From Octopus sinensis (Eukaryota), in assembly GCF_006345805.1 (NCBI RefSeq), contig NC_043025.1:1-64000 (forward strand): DNA of 64,000 nucleotides. Reading direction: 5' to 3'. The stretch's first letter is position 1; each line of letters begins with the position of its first letter. Under the pieces are notes generated by a model. The model was not told the DNA's origin, made no database searches, and saw only the letters and a program-made list of their open reading frames with translations. This document shows positions 13,876 to 25,664 of the stretch, piece by piece. The position numbers and the translations under genes were made by a program.

Positions 13876-14043
13876 TTTATATCTTTTACATACCTATATA
13901 TATATTATATGTATACGGAAAGAGAGAGGGGGACGGTGGAGAATTTTGAGTCTGACGAGACGTCCGGGAAGTTGAGACCTTTGTGGATGCAAAACCATGG
14001 GTCACTCTATGACCAGACATTAACTTAATAATACTTTTAATAT

Positions 14044-14074
<31 letters not shown>

Positions 14075-14634
14075 TATGTATATGTATATATATATATTGT
14101 ATATATAATAATATATAATATAGGCGCAGGAGTGCCTGTGTGGTAAGTAGCTTGCTAACCAACCACATGGTTCCGGGTTCAGTCCCACTGCATGGCACCT
14201 TGGGCAAGTGTCTTCTGCTATAGCCCCAGGCCGACCAATGCCTATATATATATATATATATATCAGATCGCCATGTTGATTCGCTAGCCTCTGCACGCAT
14301 TTTTTTTCTCTCCTTCTTTCTGTGTTTCTTCTCTGTGTATCTTTGTATCTTTCTGTTGAAGAGCGTAGGCTCGAAACGTTAAAGACTTGTTTTATTTATA
14401 TTTCCTGAGCGCCATACTAATACAATTGTTTGTTTGTATTCCACCTGCCTTCGTCTTTTGTTTATTTCCGTAAACCTGCCTTCGTCTTTTGTCTATTTTC
14501 ATAAAGCTTCCCGTTATATATATATATATATATATATATTTAGTATAATAAATAAATTATATGCATACATACATATATGTACGTACTTACATCTACATGT
14601 ATATATACATGCATATATAAATATATATACGTGT

Positions 14635-15170
14635 GTACAGGACACCACAACCAGACGTAGAACTCAACGAGAAACGAAAACGTAAAAACAAGCATGGAAC
14701 GGACCTTTTTTTAACAACGAATAAACAGAGTACAAGACAAACACACAAGGAAAAATCCCCTTCATCAGCTGTCCCTAGTTCAACTCCAGCGTGTTTCGAA
14801 GGTGAGGACAGAACACGACTCGTCGAACTAATCCTTCCTGCGAAAGAATTAAATTATATTCCTTTGCAGAGAAGTAAAAACAAGGAAAAAATAGTGACAA
14901 AAACAGGACGTAAAAACAATACAATTAAAAACTAGTTGAACTCCAGCGTGTTTCGAAGGTAAGGACAGAACACGACTCGTCAAACTAGTACTTCCTGCGA
15001 AAGAATTAAATTATATTCCTTTGCAGAGGGGTAAAAACAAGGAGAAAAATAGTGACAAAAACAGGACGTAAAAACAATTACAAAATAAAAATACAATTAC
15101 AAAATAATACAGTACAAGAAGGAATAGAAACAGGACAGGAAAACAAATAAAGAGGGCCTATAAGCCTAGA
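14635..15170 (-). repeat. Penelope-LTR-like fragment with internal ~160-bp duplication
   Basis: Contains CTGATGAAGGGG and TTCGAAACACGC motifs on -. A related copy is at ~57725-57890. Confidence 0.5.
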
Positions 15171-15314
15171 CGAGGAAAAAATTTTTAATACTCTCAAACG
15201 TTCTTTTATCTCAACCTGTCAACCCATTTTTGAAAAATGGTAATAAGTTCACATGCCGCAAGCTATCATCCCATCTCCCTTGTCACTCATATCATTAAAT
15301 ATATCTTAAGATAT

Positions 15315-15722
15315 GGCGGCGAGCTGGCAAACACGTTAGCGCGCCGGGCGAAATGCTTAGCGGTATTTCGTCTGTCGTTACCTTCTGAGTTCAAACACCT
15401 CCGGGATCGACTTTACCTTGCATCCTTTCGGGGTCAATAAATAAAGTACCGGTCTCGCACTGGGGTCGATGTAATCGACTTAATAACTATGTCTGTCCTT
15501 GTTTGTCCCCTCTGTGTTTAGCCCCTTGTGGGTAGTAAAGAAATAGGTATTTCGTCTGTCGTTACGTTCCGAGTTCAAATTCCGCCGAGGTCGACTTTAC
15601 CTTTCATCCTTTCGGGGTCGATAAATTAAGTACCAGTTACGCACTGGGGTCGATGTAATTGACTTAATACCTATGTCTGTCCTTGTTTGTCCCCTCTGTG
15701 TTTAGCCCCTTGTGGGCAATAA
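15315..15722 (+). mobile_element. tRNA-derived SINE family B with duplicated body
   Basis: ggcggcgagctggc..gagttcaaat..cctttcggggtcgat. Other copies at ~35556-35958 (+) and ~1640-1855, 52480-52680, 54285-54470 (-). Confidence 0.72.
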
Positions 15723-16145
15723 GGAAATATATATCTTAAAATATGGTGCTGAATTCCTGGAAAACAACCAGGGGTTACCTCCAGTCCGACTAATATTCAA
15801 TAATTATCAATCACCAGTATTCTCTTTAATCATCAACATGTGACAACATCTTAATTATCAGGAGTGGCTGTGTGGTAAGTAGCTTGCTAACCAACCACAT
15901 GGTTCCGGGTTCAGTCCCACTGCGTGGCATCTTGGGCAAGTGTCTACTGCTATAGCTCCGGGCCGACCAATGCCTTGTGAATGGATTTTGTAGACGGAAA
16001 CTGAAAGAAGCATGTCGTATATATGTATATATATATATGTATGCGTGTGTGTTTGTGTGTCTGTGTTTGTCCCCCTAGCAACCGATGCTGGTGTGTTTAC
16101 GTCCCTGTCACTTAGCGGTTCGGCAAAAAGAGACCGATAGAATAA

Positions 16146-17190
16146 GTTGTTGTTGGTGAGGTGGTTGATAACTTAGTGGGTATTCTTTGTAAGCCCAGTA
16201 CTTATTCTATCGGTCTCTTTTGCCGAACCGCTAGTTTCGGCGGATTTCGGAAAGCATGAGGGCCTTAAAGGATGCAGTGTCATGGCAGTCAACAACTGAC
16301 GCAGGCAGTTTGTTCCATGCTTCAGCAACTCTGAGCGTGAAAAAATGTTTCCGAAAGTCATGGGAGCTGTGTTGTTTTCTGACTTTGTAGGCATGTCCAC
16401 GTGTGTTGGACACATGAAGATCAAAAAGGTGTTGTTGTTGGTGAGGTGGTTGATAACTTAGTGGGTATTCTTTGTAAGCCCAGTACTTATTCTATCGGTC
16501 TCTTTTGCCGAACCGCTAGTTTCGGCGGATTTCGGAAAGCATGAGGGCCTTAAAGGATGCAGTGTCATGGCAGTCAACAACTGACGCAGGCAGTTTGTTC
16601 CATGCTTCAGCAACTCTGAGCGTGAAAAAATGTTTCCGAAAGTCATGGGAGCTGTGTTGTTTTCTGACTTTGTAGGCATGTCCACGTGTGTTGGACACAT
16701 GAAGATCAAAAAGGTGTTGTTGTTGGTGAGGTGGTTGATAACTTAGTGGGTATTCTTTGTAAGCCCAGTACTTATTCTATCGGTCTCTTTTGCCGAACCG
16801 CTAGTTTCGGCGGATTTCGGAAAGCATGAGGGCCTTAAAGGATGCAGTGTCATGGCAGTCAACAACTGACGCAGGCAGTTTGTTCCATGCTTCAGCAACT
16901 CTGAGCTTGAAAAAATGTTTCCGAAAGTCATGGGAGCTGTGTTGTTTCCTGACTTTGTAGGCATGTCCACGTGTGTTAGACACATGGAGATCAAAAAGGT
17001 GTTCAGTGTTGTTGTTGGTGAGGTGGTTGATAACTTTGTGGGTGTTTACCAAGTCCATCGCCAGACGCCGGAGCTTCAGTGAATCCATGCCCAGGGAAAC
17101 AAGGCGCTCAGAGTGTGGTAGGTGTCTGATGGAGGGTATGCATTTGGTTGCACGTCTCTGGACAGATTCCAGGAGGTCAATGTTCTGAGC
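16146..17190 (-). mobile_element. second CR1-like family 3' fragment amplified as a 285-bp chimeric tandem array
   Basis: LLESVQRRATK, LKLRRL..DL, NTRGHAYK..WNKLP. ORF-track entries recur at 16231, 16516 and 16801 (period 285). Confidence 0.82.
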
Positions 17191-17409
17191 AAGATAAACG
17201 TTTGTTTATGTGTTTGTGTGTGTGTGTGTCGGTGTTTAAATGGTCACTCGCTCCCACCCCGAAATTCGAATTGTAAAAGTGTATTTATTCCCACACGATC
17301 CCCAAACCGTTTTTCGGAATAAACACGATCATCCTAAGCAAGACGGGGTCAAATAGTTAAATATACAGAAAGAGAAACCCAAACATATTACAAATTTAAT
17401 TTAGTGAAA

Positions 17410-17439
17410 ATGGCGGTCAACGTAGAGACTTCGCTTTTT
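17410..17439 (+). CDS. candidate Meis first coding exon (MAVNVETSLF)
   Basis: gaaaATGGCG start context, 10 codons, then a perfect gtaagt donor in phase 0, compatible with exon 2. Lies in a short non-repetitive island. No homology support. Confidence 0.4.
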
Positions 17440-17484
17440 GTAAGTTGATAAATACGTGTGCATGTGAGTATGTGTGAATGTGTT

Positions 17485-17516
<32 letters not shown>

Positions 17517-17677
17517 TCAAATTGCGATAAAATAAAAATAATTATAATCGCTGGTATTTCTAACACAAGCCATATATTTTCCATATATCAGTACATTAAG
17601 GCGAAATATGTGCTAGGAACACAGAAGCTAGATAAATTTAGTGAAATGAAGATAAAAACGTTTACTAACTCGGTTAT

Positions 17678-17749
17678 TCTCAGACTGCAGTTTCTTTCTT
17701 TTCAGCAATAAAGATAATTTATTTGCTCAGGGAGAATTCGTCAGTGAGA
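17678..17749 (-). ncRNA. minimal type-I hammerhead-ribozyme-like motif
   Basis: tctca-CTGACGA-[stem II]-GAAA-CTGCAG-TC-tgaga: intact core, palindromic stem III, GUC triplet, 5-bp stem I. Confidence 0.7.
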
Positions 17750-18043
17750 GCCCTGTTTTTCTGAGATCCTAACTCACTAGAAGCATGTGCTTCTAATGAT
17801 TTACTCTCTCTAACTAATCAGATCACTGCGCAGACTCCGAACGTCCCGACAAAACTAGGGATTTCTGGTATATCGTCTAGCGCTCAAAATTTATCGAGGA
17901 ATATGTAAACAAATCAAATTGCGATAAAATAAAAATAATTATAATCGCTGGTATTTCTAACACAAGCCATATATTTTCCATATATCAGTACATTAAGGCG
18001 AAATATATATATATGTATATATATTTATACATATTGGTATGTA

Positions 18044-19313
18044 CTAGGGGCGTTCAATAAGTAATGCCCCTGACCCACTTCCCATAGCAGTAGAGCAACG
18101 ACACTTGGCACAGTTATTAGTCTTTTCCTACATAGGAACTACCCAGAGTTATGCATTTCTCCCATCGTTTGATACAGCTCTGGAGACCGTTTTTGTAGAA
18201 GACCCCAGCTTGGTCCTCCAACCACGACGTGACTTCAGAAATCAAGGCTGCATCATCTGGGAAACGCTTTCCTTTCAAAATCAACTTCATGGCTGGGAAG
18301 AGGTGAAAATCAGAGGGTGCAAGGGGAGAAGTTCATAGCTGCACGCCTGTGCTTCTGATCTGGCGACACGCGAGTTGTGGACCGGAGCGTTGTCCTGCAG
18401 GAGGAGGATGCCTTTGCTGATCTTGCCCCGCCTCTTGATTTTGATAGCTTCTCTTAATTTCCTCAAAAGTGAAGCATAATAGGCCCCTGTAATTGTGGTA
18501 CCCTTTGCCAGGAAATCTGTCATCACTACTCCGTCCTGGTCCCAGAAGACTGTGAGCATAACCTTGTCAGCGGAGGGCTGCACCCTTGCCTTCTTTGGAG
18601 GAGGTGAGTCACGGTGCTTTCACTGCATTGACTGGGCTTTGGTCTATGGATCATAGTGATGGACCCAGGTTTTATCCTGTGTGATCAGTCTTTTGAAAAA
18701 TTTTGACTCATCTTCTTGGCACATCTCCAAATTCATCCTCGAGCACTCAACGCGTTCTTGCTTCTGGAAAGGTGTGAGCAACCTGGAAATCCATCTGGCA
18801 GACACCTTTTGCATATGCAAATGGTCATGAATGATAGTTTCCACAGACCCGGTACTAATCTTGACCTTATGGGCTATTTGGCGAATAGTTATGCGTTGAC
18901 CTTCTAAAATGGCAGCCTCAACTTGACGGACAGACGTCTCATCAACGGCAGAAGGGGGCGACCAGATCTGGGAGCTGTTTCCACAGAGTTCCGACCATGT
19001 TTGAATTCACAATGCCAGCGTTTTACAAGGTCATATGATGGGGCATCATCACCATAAGTTACTTTCATTTCATCAAAAGTCTCCTGTGGTGTGCGTCCTT
19101 TCAAATACAAAAACCGGATCACTGCTCGACACTCAACAGGCACCATGTCACACTTGACTCAGTTCAAACACCTGTAAATCAGAAATCACAATTAGTTCAG
19201 AGCTGTAATTTGTCACTTACTCTATAGAGATATAAATGATCGCACATGCAAAATTTCAGCTAGATCAAACAACTGCAAGTGGGTCAGGGGCATTACTTAT
19301 TGAACGTCCCTCG
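18044..19313 (-). mobile_element. full-length mariner (DD34D-type) DNA transposon, inactive
   Basis: 37-bp TIRs (35/37 match), TA on both flanks, 1270 bp. Transposase from ATG 19146 shows ECRAVIRFL, KVSARWI.RLLT, ITQDKTWVHHYDP, VMLTVFWD, QDNAPVH and APSDFHLFP, broken by a frameshift, a stop and a small deletion. Confidence 0.95.
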
Positions 19314-19445
19314 TACATAGTCTTTATCCTGTCTTCTTTTTATATTACCTTTTTTCATTTAATTAAGTTTATTTCCATTTTTTATTTTATTGTTTTATTT
19401 TTTCATTTTATAATATTGGTTTCAATGTCGTGGACATGGAGGTCG

Positions 19446-20290
19446 ATTACATAACTCCACTGTTTAACACAAACTTTATTTTATTGACCCCGAAATGTAG
19501 AAAGGCAAAAGTCGATCTCTGCGGAATTTGAACAGGAGAATTTCCGCCGAAATATTTTATAGACATTGATCTATACTTGTCTTTTTTCCATATACATTGT
19601 TCAACTATATATACTATTTCACTAGTTCATAATTAGGCCTGTTTTGATGTGGTATCGTGTTAGTGATGTGATATAGATTGGCGGACAACAATATCTAACA
19701 GACTATGTTCGTTGTGTTGTTTCTATGTCTTATTTGCCGTTCCTAATGTTGATCTTATCATGTCGTGCGTGCATCGAAAATGGAATTACATAACTCCACT
19801 GTTTAACACAAACTTTATTTTATTGACCCCGAAATGTTGAAAGGCAAAAGTCGATCTCTGCGGAATTTGAACAGGAGAATTTCCGCAGAAATATTTTATA
19901 GACATTGATCTATACTTGTCTTTTTTCCATATACATTGTTCAACTATATATACTATTTCACTAGTTCGTAATTAGGCTTGTTTTGGTGTGGTATCGTGTT
20001 AGTGATGTGATATAGATTGGCGGACAACAATATCTAACAGACTATGTTCGTTGTGTTGTTTCTATGTCTTATTTGCCGTTCCTAATCTTGATCTTATCAT
20101 GTCGTGCGTGCATCGAAAATGGAATTACATGACTCCACTGTTTAACACAAACTTTATTTTATTGACCCCGAAATGTAGAAAGGCAAAAGTCGATCTCTGC
20201 GGAATTTGAACAGGAGAATTTCCACCGAAATATTTTATAGACATTGATCTATACTTGTCTTTTTTCCATGTACATTGTTCAACTATATTT
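19446..20290. repeat. 339-bp tandem repeat, ~2.5 copies
   Basis: attaca(t/g)aactccactg at 19446, 19785 and 20124; the unit includes a SINE-B-like piece. Confidence 0.9.
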
Positions 20291-20689
20291 GTGCGTGCAT
20301 CGAAAATGGAATAAGTTTTTTTCTTTTTAGGAAAAAAAAGTACAGTTTTGCAACTACGTACATGCTAATTTTCTACTTTGATGTTGTTACTTGTGGTAAA
20401 AAAGCAGGTGTTGACATAATGTACATAATACGATCAGGTTTCGCTACTACTGATTAATATTGATAACCAGGCAGCGTTTGTGTTCTTAACGCTGCTGAGA
20501 CAGTCGGATTGAATGGTATTGCCGAGATGTCGAAACCATAGTGTTATCAGTTTGGCAACTGATGATGGGAATACTTTAAAAACATGCTTGTTTCTAGATT
20601 TTATATCGTAGTCTCGATATTCTGAGTTGACCTTCTTTTAAGTAAAGTTTTTTTTTTGTTATATGAATTCTTGGTTTGTGGAAATTGCT

Positions 20690-21285
20690 TGCAGGAGTGG
20701 CTGTGTGGTAAGTAGCTTGTTTACCAACCACATGGTTCCGGGTTCAATCCCACTGTGTGGCACCTTGGGCAAGTGTCTTCTACTATAGCCTCGGGCCGAC
20801 CAAAGCCTTGTGAGTGGATTTGGTAGACGGAAACTGAAAGAAGCCCATTTTATATATGTATATATATATATATATATAGGCGCAGGAGTGGCTGTGTGGT
20901 AAGTAGCTTGTTTACCAACCACATAGTTCCGGGTTCAATCCCACTGTGTGGCACCTTGGGCAAGTGTCTTCTACTATAGCCTCGGGCCGACCAAAGCCTT
21001 GTGAGTAGATTTGGTAGACGGAAACTGAAAAGAAGCCCGTCATATATATGTATATAGATATATATATGCGTGTGTGTGTTTGTGTCTGTGTTTGTCCCCC
21101 TAGCATTGCTTGACAACCGATGCTAGTGTGTTTATGTCCCCGTCACTTAGCGGTTCGGCAAAAGAGACCGATAAAATAAGTACTGGGCTTACAAAAGAAT
21201 AAGTCTCGGGGTCGAGTTGCTCGATTAAAGGCGGTGCTCCAGCATGGCCGCAGTCAAATGACTGAAACAAGTAAAAGAGTAAAGA
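20690..21285 (+). mobile_element. SINE family A with duplicated head
   Basis: Same diagnostic sequence. Confidence 0.8.
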
Positions 21286-21824
21286 GTATTAATTTTGGTT
21301 GTTATATTTTCATAGCTAAATATTATTAACGTTACATAACACTTAGGAATTGGTGTCTTGTTTTGAGAGGTTCAGTGGCACACCCACACTCACCCACACA
21401 CACATTCATAGTACATATGAATACACGCACACACACACACGCACACACACGCGCACACACGCACACACGCACACGCGCACACGCACACACACACGCGCAC
21501 ACACGCACACACGCACACACACACACGCACACACACATAGGACAACCATCCTTCCGACTGTTTTGGAGTACCTGATTCATGGATGTCTCTCTATCATTGG
21601 ATTAACTTACCTTATTCATTCGGAGTACTCCATTTCTGCACCTTATATATATATATATATGTCAGGCTTCTTTCAGTTTCCATCTACCAAATCCGCTCAC
21701 AAGGCTTTGGTCAGTCTAGAAAACACTTTCCCATGCTGAAACCGAAACACGAAGTTGGGAAGGAATCTTATTACGCACGTGCGAGCGCAAATGATGCTTT
21801 TACTGCAGGCTTTATTCTCTTGTT

Positions 21825-22672
21825 TTTTACTGCCCTATTCTGAAGAACTTCCTATACTTAACCAAAGTACTGCCATGCCCTCCCCTATACAGCATATCGA
21901 AAGAGTCCAGAAGCTGGCTACCCTCATGGTTCTTGGTCTCAAGAATTTGTCTTATGAAGAAAGGCTGAAGACGCTCGACCTTTATTCTCTAGAAAAACGA
22001 CGACGCCGTGGTGATCTCATTCTCGCTCACAACATCATAAGCCGAAAGTGTAACTTCTCGAAAGAGCTGTTCTTCACTCCTGCTCCAGAGCGTCGGCTGC
22101 GGGGTCATTCCGAAAATCTCTACCTGCGACGATTTCATCTCAATCGAAGGAGAGGAGCTTTCTCCGTCCGGGTTGTGGATCCGTGGAACAAGCTGCCAGA
22201 CAAGATGGTGAAGATGCCGACGACCGCTCGGTTCAAAGTCTCCCTTGACCTCAAGTGGCCTGAACTCTTTACATGAACACCACCCTGTACATAACTCCAT
22301 GTCCCCCTAGACGACGCCGTGGTGATCTCATTCTCGCTCACAACATCATAAGCGGAAAGTGTAACCTCTCGAAAGAGCTGTTCTTCACTCCTGCTCCAGA
22401 GCGTCGGCTGCGGGGTCATTCCGAAAAGCTCTACCTGCGACGATTTCATCTCAATCGAAGGAGAGGGGCTTTCTCCGTCCGGGTTGCGGATCCGTGGAAC
22501 AAGCTGCCAGACGAGATGGTGAAGATGCCGACGACCGCTCGGTTCAAAGTCTCCCTTGACCTCAAGTGGCCTGAACTCTTTACATGAACACCACCCTGTA
22601 CTTAACTCCATGGCCCCCTGCATGGCCTTGCTTTTTGCTTTTGAGCCAAAAAACTAACTAACTAACTAACTA
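21825..22672 (+). mobile_element. 3' fragment of the same CR1 family, with ~300-bp internal tandem duplication
   Basis: IERVQKLAT..LSYEERLKTLDLYSLEKRRRRGDLI..WNKLP. The 3' ~300 bp occurs twice; ends in aact repeats. Confidence 0.9.
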
Positions 22673-22904
22673 ACCATTCTTTGAGAAAACACTTTTTAAA
22701 GAAAAATAGCATCAGTGAAATAGATATAAAATAAAGATCGGTTGGTTGCGGATAGAATATCTTTTGTCGAGATTTGGGTATACTTCATGAAGTTCGATCT
22801 GGTGCTAATCAACAACGCAAAATGGCCACGTGAAATAATGTAGTCCTGTGTGTGAATGTGAAAAGTCGTGTGTTCATGGCTGGAGTAAGCATTTCAACTC
22901 TCTT

Positions 22905-23317
22905 TACACTTTACTCTTTTACTTGTTTTCAGTCATTTGACTACGGCCATGCTGGAGCACCGCCTTTAGTCGAGCAACTCGACCCCGGCACTTATTCTTT
23001 GTGTAAGCCCAGTACTTATTCTATCGGTCTCTTTTTGCCGAACCGCTAAGTGACTGGGACAAAAACACATCAGCATCGGTTGTCAAGCAATGCTAGGGGG
23101 ACAAACACACACACACACAAACACATACATATATATATATATATACATATATACGACAGGCTTCTTTCAGTTTCCGTCTACCAAATCCACTCACAAGGCA
23201 TTGGTCGGCCCGGGGCTATAGCAGAAGACACTTGCCCAAGATGCCACGCAGTGGGACTGAACCCTGAACCATGTGGTTGGTTAGCAAGCTACTTACCACA
23301 CAGCCACTCCTGCGCCT
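22905..23317 (-). mobile_element. SINE family A
   Basis: Complete copy. Confidence 0.8.
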
Positions 23318-23705
23318 GTGATCATTCTGATTTAAAAAAATACAGAATGACCATAATTGAAAGCTCTTTAATTAGGGGTCTACAAGATGGGTCCACTTGG
23401 GGTTAGAGACCAGGAAGACGAGGACAACTTGGGTGGGGTGATCGTAGATCCATTATGTGGGAAGCAAGAAGTGTATGGATCACAGTTAGAGTATCTGTAA
23501 TCAAATGTTCGTTGGGATCCAGAATGACTTGTATTTTAACAATAGCTATGAATATCTATAATACGCAGGGGATTTTTAGGGGACTGTACCTCCGAAAAGC
23601 CTAAACCTTGTGTATAATACGCACCCCTTCTCTAACTTAAGTCAAGGAGTTCTATAGAGCGTCCTTGGTTTGTAAAGATATATACCTTAACGTCCTTTAT
23701 TATTA

Positions 23706-24218
23706 TCTATATATATAAAACTGTAGTTGTGTGAGTGTCTGTCCCCTTCGATTTAGATTCCTAACTACTCCCACATTTTGCGGTGCAGTTTAACCAAATT
23801 CGGGTATCTTATAGTCGTGATTCATATCGAGACCGTCTGGGTATTAGCGCGCGTCTACGATGAGTCTACGATTTTAAATATAATTTAACATCATTTTTTA
23901 TTCCATTTTAATGCATAATTTTTCGTGTGCCGATGACGGCGGAGTTGGCGTCCATGGTCACACCTGCACCTGTTTGCTTCTCCCCCTTCTTCCCTCCCTC
24001 GTGAAGCTGTGGGGAAGGGAGTGTAAGGAAATCTACGCCGTAAAGCGTTGTCAAGGAGACCAGCGTCCTTTTAGAACAACGACTTCATGGCTTGAAGACA
24101 CCAAAACAGAAATGGCTAAGAAAGCCCGAATTGGCATCTATAAGGGAAGTAACTCTCTAAAAATGCTTATATAGTTATTTCCCTTACAAACCCGAGCAAC
24201 GCCGGGCGATACTGCTAG
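23706..24218 (+). mobile_element. non-autonomous Helitron
   Basis: A|TCTATATATATAAAA 5' end, GC-rich hairpin cccgagcaacgccggg, CTAG|T 3' end, inserted between A and T. Confidence 0.85.
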
Positions 24219-24372
24219 TTAATTATAATAATGTAGAGTCCTAGATATACAATATTGAATAAAATATGTGACGTTCACAGCTGGGACATGTTTGGTTTGC
24301 TGTACAAGAGATTACCTGGGGCTAAAGAACAACGTCGAAAAACTACAGCCGCGAATACTATTATATGTTAGA

Positions 24373-25437
24373 CTAGCAGTATAGCCCGGCGTTGCCCGGG
24401 TATGTAAGAGCCCCTAGTAGGCAACGACTAATCCCAATCTAGTCCTTTCCCCCTAGGGAACGAAGGCGCATGTGTAACTCGCAATGTCTTCTCTTCACTC
24501 GAATACTTCTGTGTATACGATGTTCCTAGCTGTCCCTTTGGGCGATAAAAAGGTCGAGTTGCATCCCCTAGACAGTCTGTGGTTTGTGTTTAATACACAA
24601 ATCGGTTTGCTATGTGTGCCACATATGATTTAATTGACCGATTTTTTCCAGTAATAAAGTATCCTACTGGAATAAAAAGGGCCATATAGCTCCTTGGAGC
24701 CGACATGATGATGCTCGCTGTGAATTTAAAAAAAAAATCCTGCCAATTTGTGAAAGATATTGTCGAAAATATGTCATCTTGAATTTGAACGCGATTTCCC
24801 AAAATGGCATGATTTTATCGATTTTTTCTAATGATAAGGTATTGCATGGAAAACTAACGTCAGAATTAAGTTTCTTAGGGTAACATTAAGCTTCACCATG
24901 AGTTTGGTGAAAATCGATTGCAAGTTGCGAAAACTACAACAGAAAATGTGTTGCATATAAGAAGCTTAGATTCTCGACCCCATGTCGAATTCATCAATTT
25001 TTTTCAGAACTGGGGGAACTTTTCAAAATTTTCGCTACGTTAGTTTTGAATTATGACATTGGGCTATGAGTGTGTGTCAAGTTTCATCAGAATCGGTTGA
25101 AAGCCGTGGTCAGGGTAAGGGTACAACCTGACAGACAGACAGACAGACAAACTGCCGTTTATATATAGAGAGAAAAATCGATTGCAAGTTGCGAAAACTA
25201 CAACAGAAAATGTGTTGCATATAAGAAGCTTAGATTCTCGACCCCATGTCGAATTTATCAATTTTTTTCAGAACTGGGGGAACTTTACAAAATTTTCGCT
25301 GCGTTAGTTTTGAATTATGACATTGGGCTATGAGTGTGTCTCAAGTTTCATCAGAATCGGTTGAAAGCCGTGGTCAGGGTAAGGGTACAACTTGACAGAC
25401 ACGCAGACAGACAAACTGCCGTTTATATATACAGAGA
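24373..25437 (-). mobile_element. non-autonomous Helitron, family 2, with duplicated 5' segment
   Basis: On the - strand it starts TC..tatataaacggcagtttgtctg, contains (CTGT)n, and ends cccgggcaacgccgggc..CTAG. The ~250-bp 5' part is tandemly repeated. Confidence 0.8.
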
Positions 25438-25664
25438 TAATGTATTCGTAGACAGACTATTTTTGAATAAATGATCAGATGGTCACAGCTGGAACATTCT
25501 TTGAACAAAGGTCTGTCGCATTTGACTGATTGGTAGCTAAACAACTACAGTGATAGCCGCTCCGTTACCGATCATAATATGGCGAATTAACAGAATCGAT
25601 ATTCGTTCCGTATTTGTGTTCTGAGTTCGATAATCACCACGATCAGCTTTTGCCTTGTAATCCT

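Noticed and set aside
13945-13985. CTGACGAG motif after the Penelope element
   Set aside because: No GAAA, stem III or stem I partner follows.
14740-15010. Hammerhead in the Penelope-LTR-like fragment (CTGATGA and GAAAC motifs on -)
   Set aside because: I could not place the core, stem III and stem I in a consistent register; kept only as an LTR-like fragment.
16146-17035. Regularly spaced repeats as a possible CRISPR-like array (also the 39-40 kb minisatellite)
   Set aside because: Units are wholly repeated with no unique spacers, the context is eukaryotic, and there are no cas genes.
20555-20592. caa-CTGATGA-tgggaatacttt-AAAAC-ATGC-ttg hammerhead-like relic
   Set aside because: The essential G12 is missing and stem II is unpaired; at best a dead copy.
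22820-22835. aaaATGGCCACgtga as Meis exon 1
   Set aside because: The donor would be phase 2 and weak, or an in-frame TGA follows; incompatible with phase-0 exon 2.
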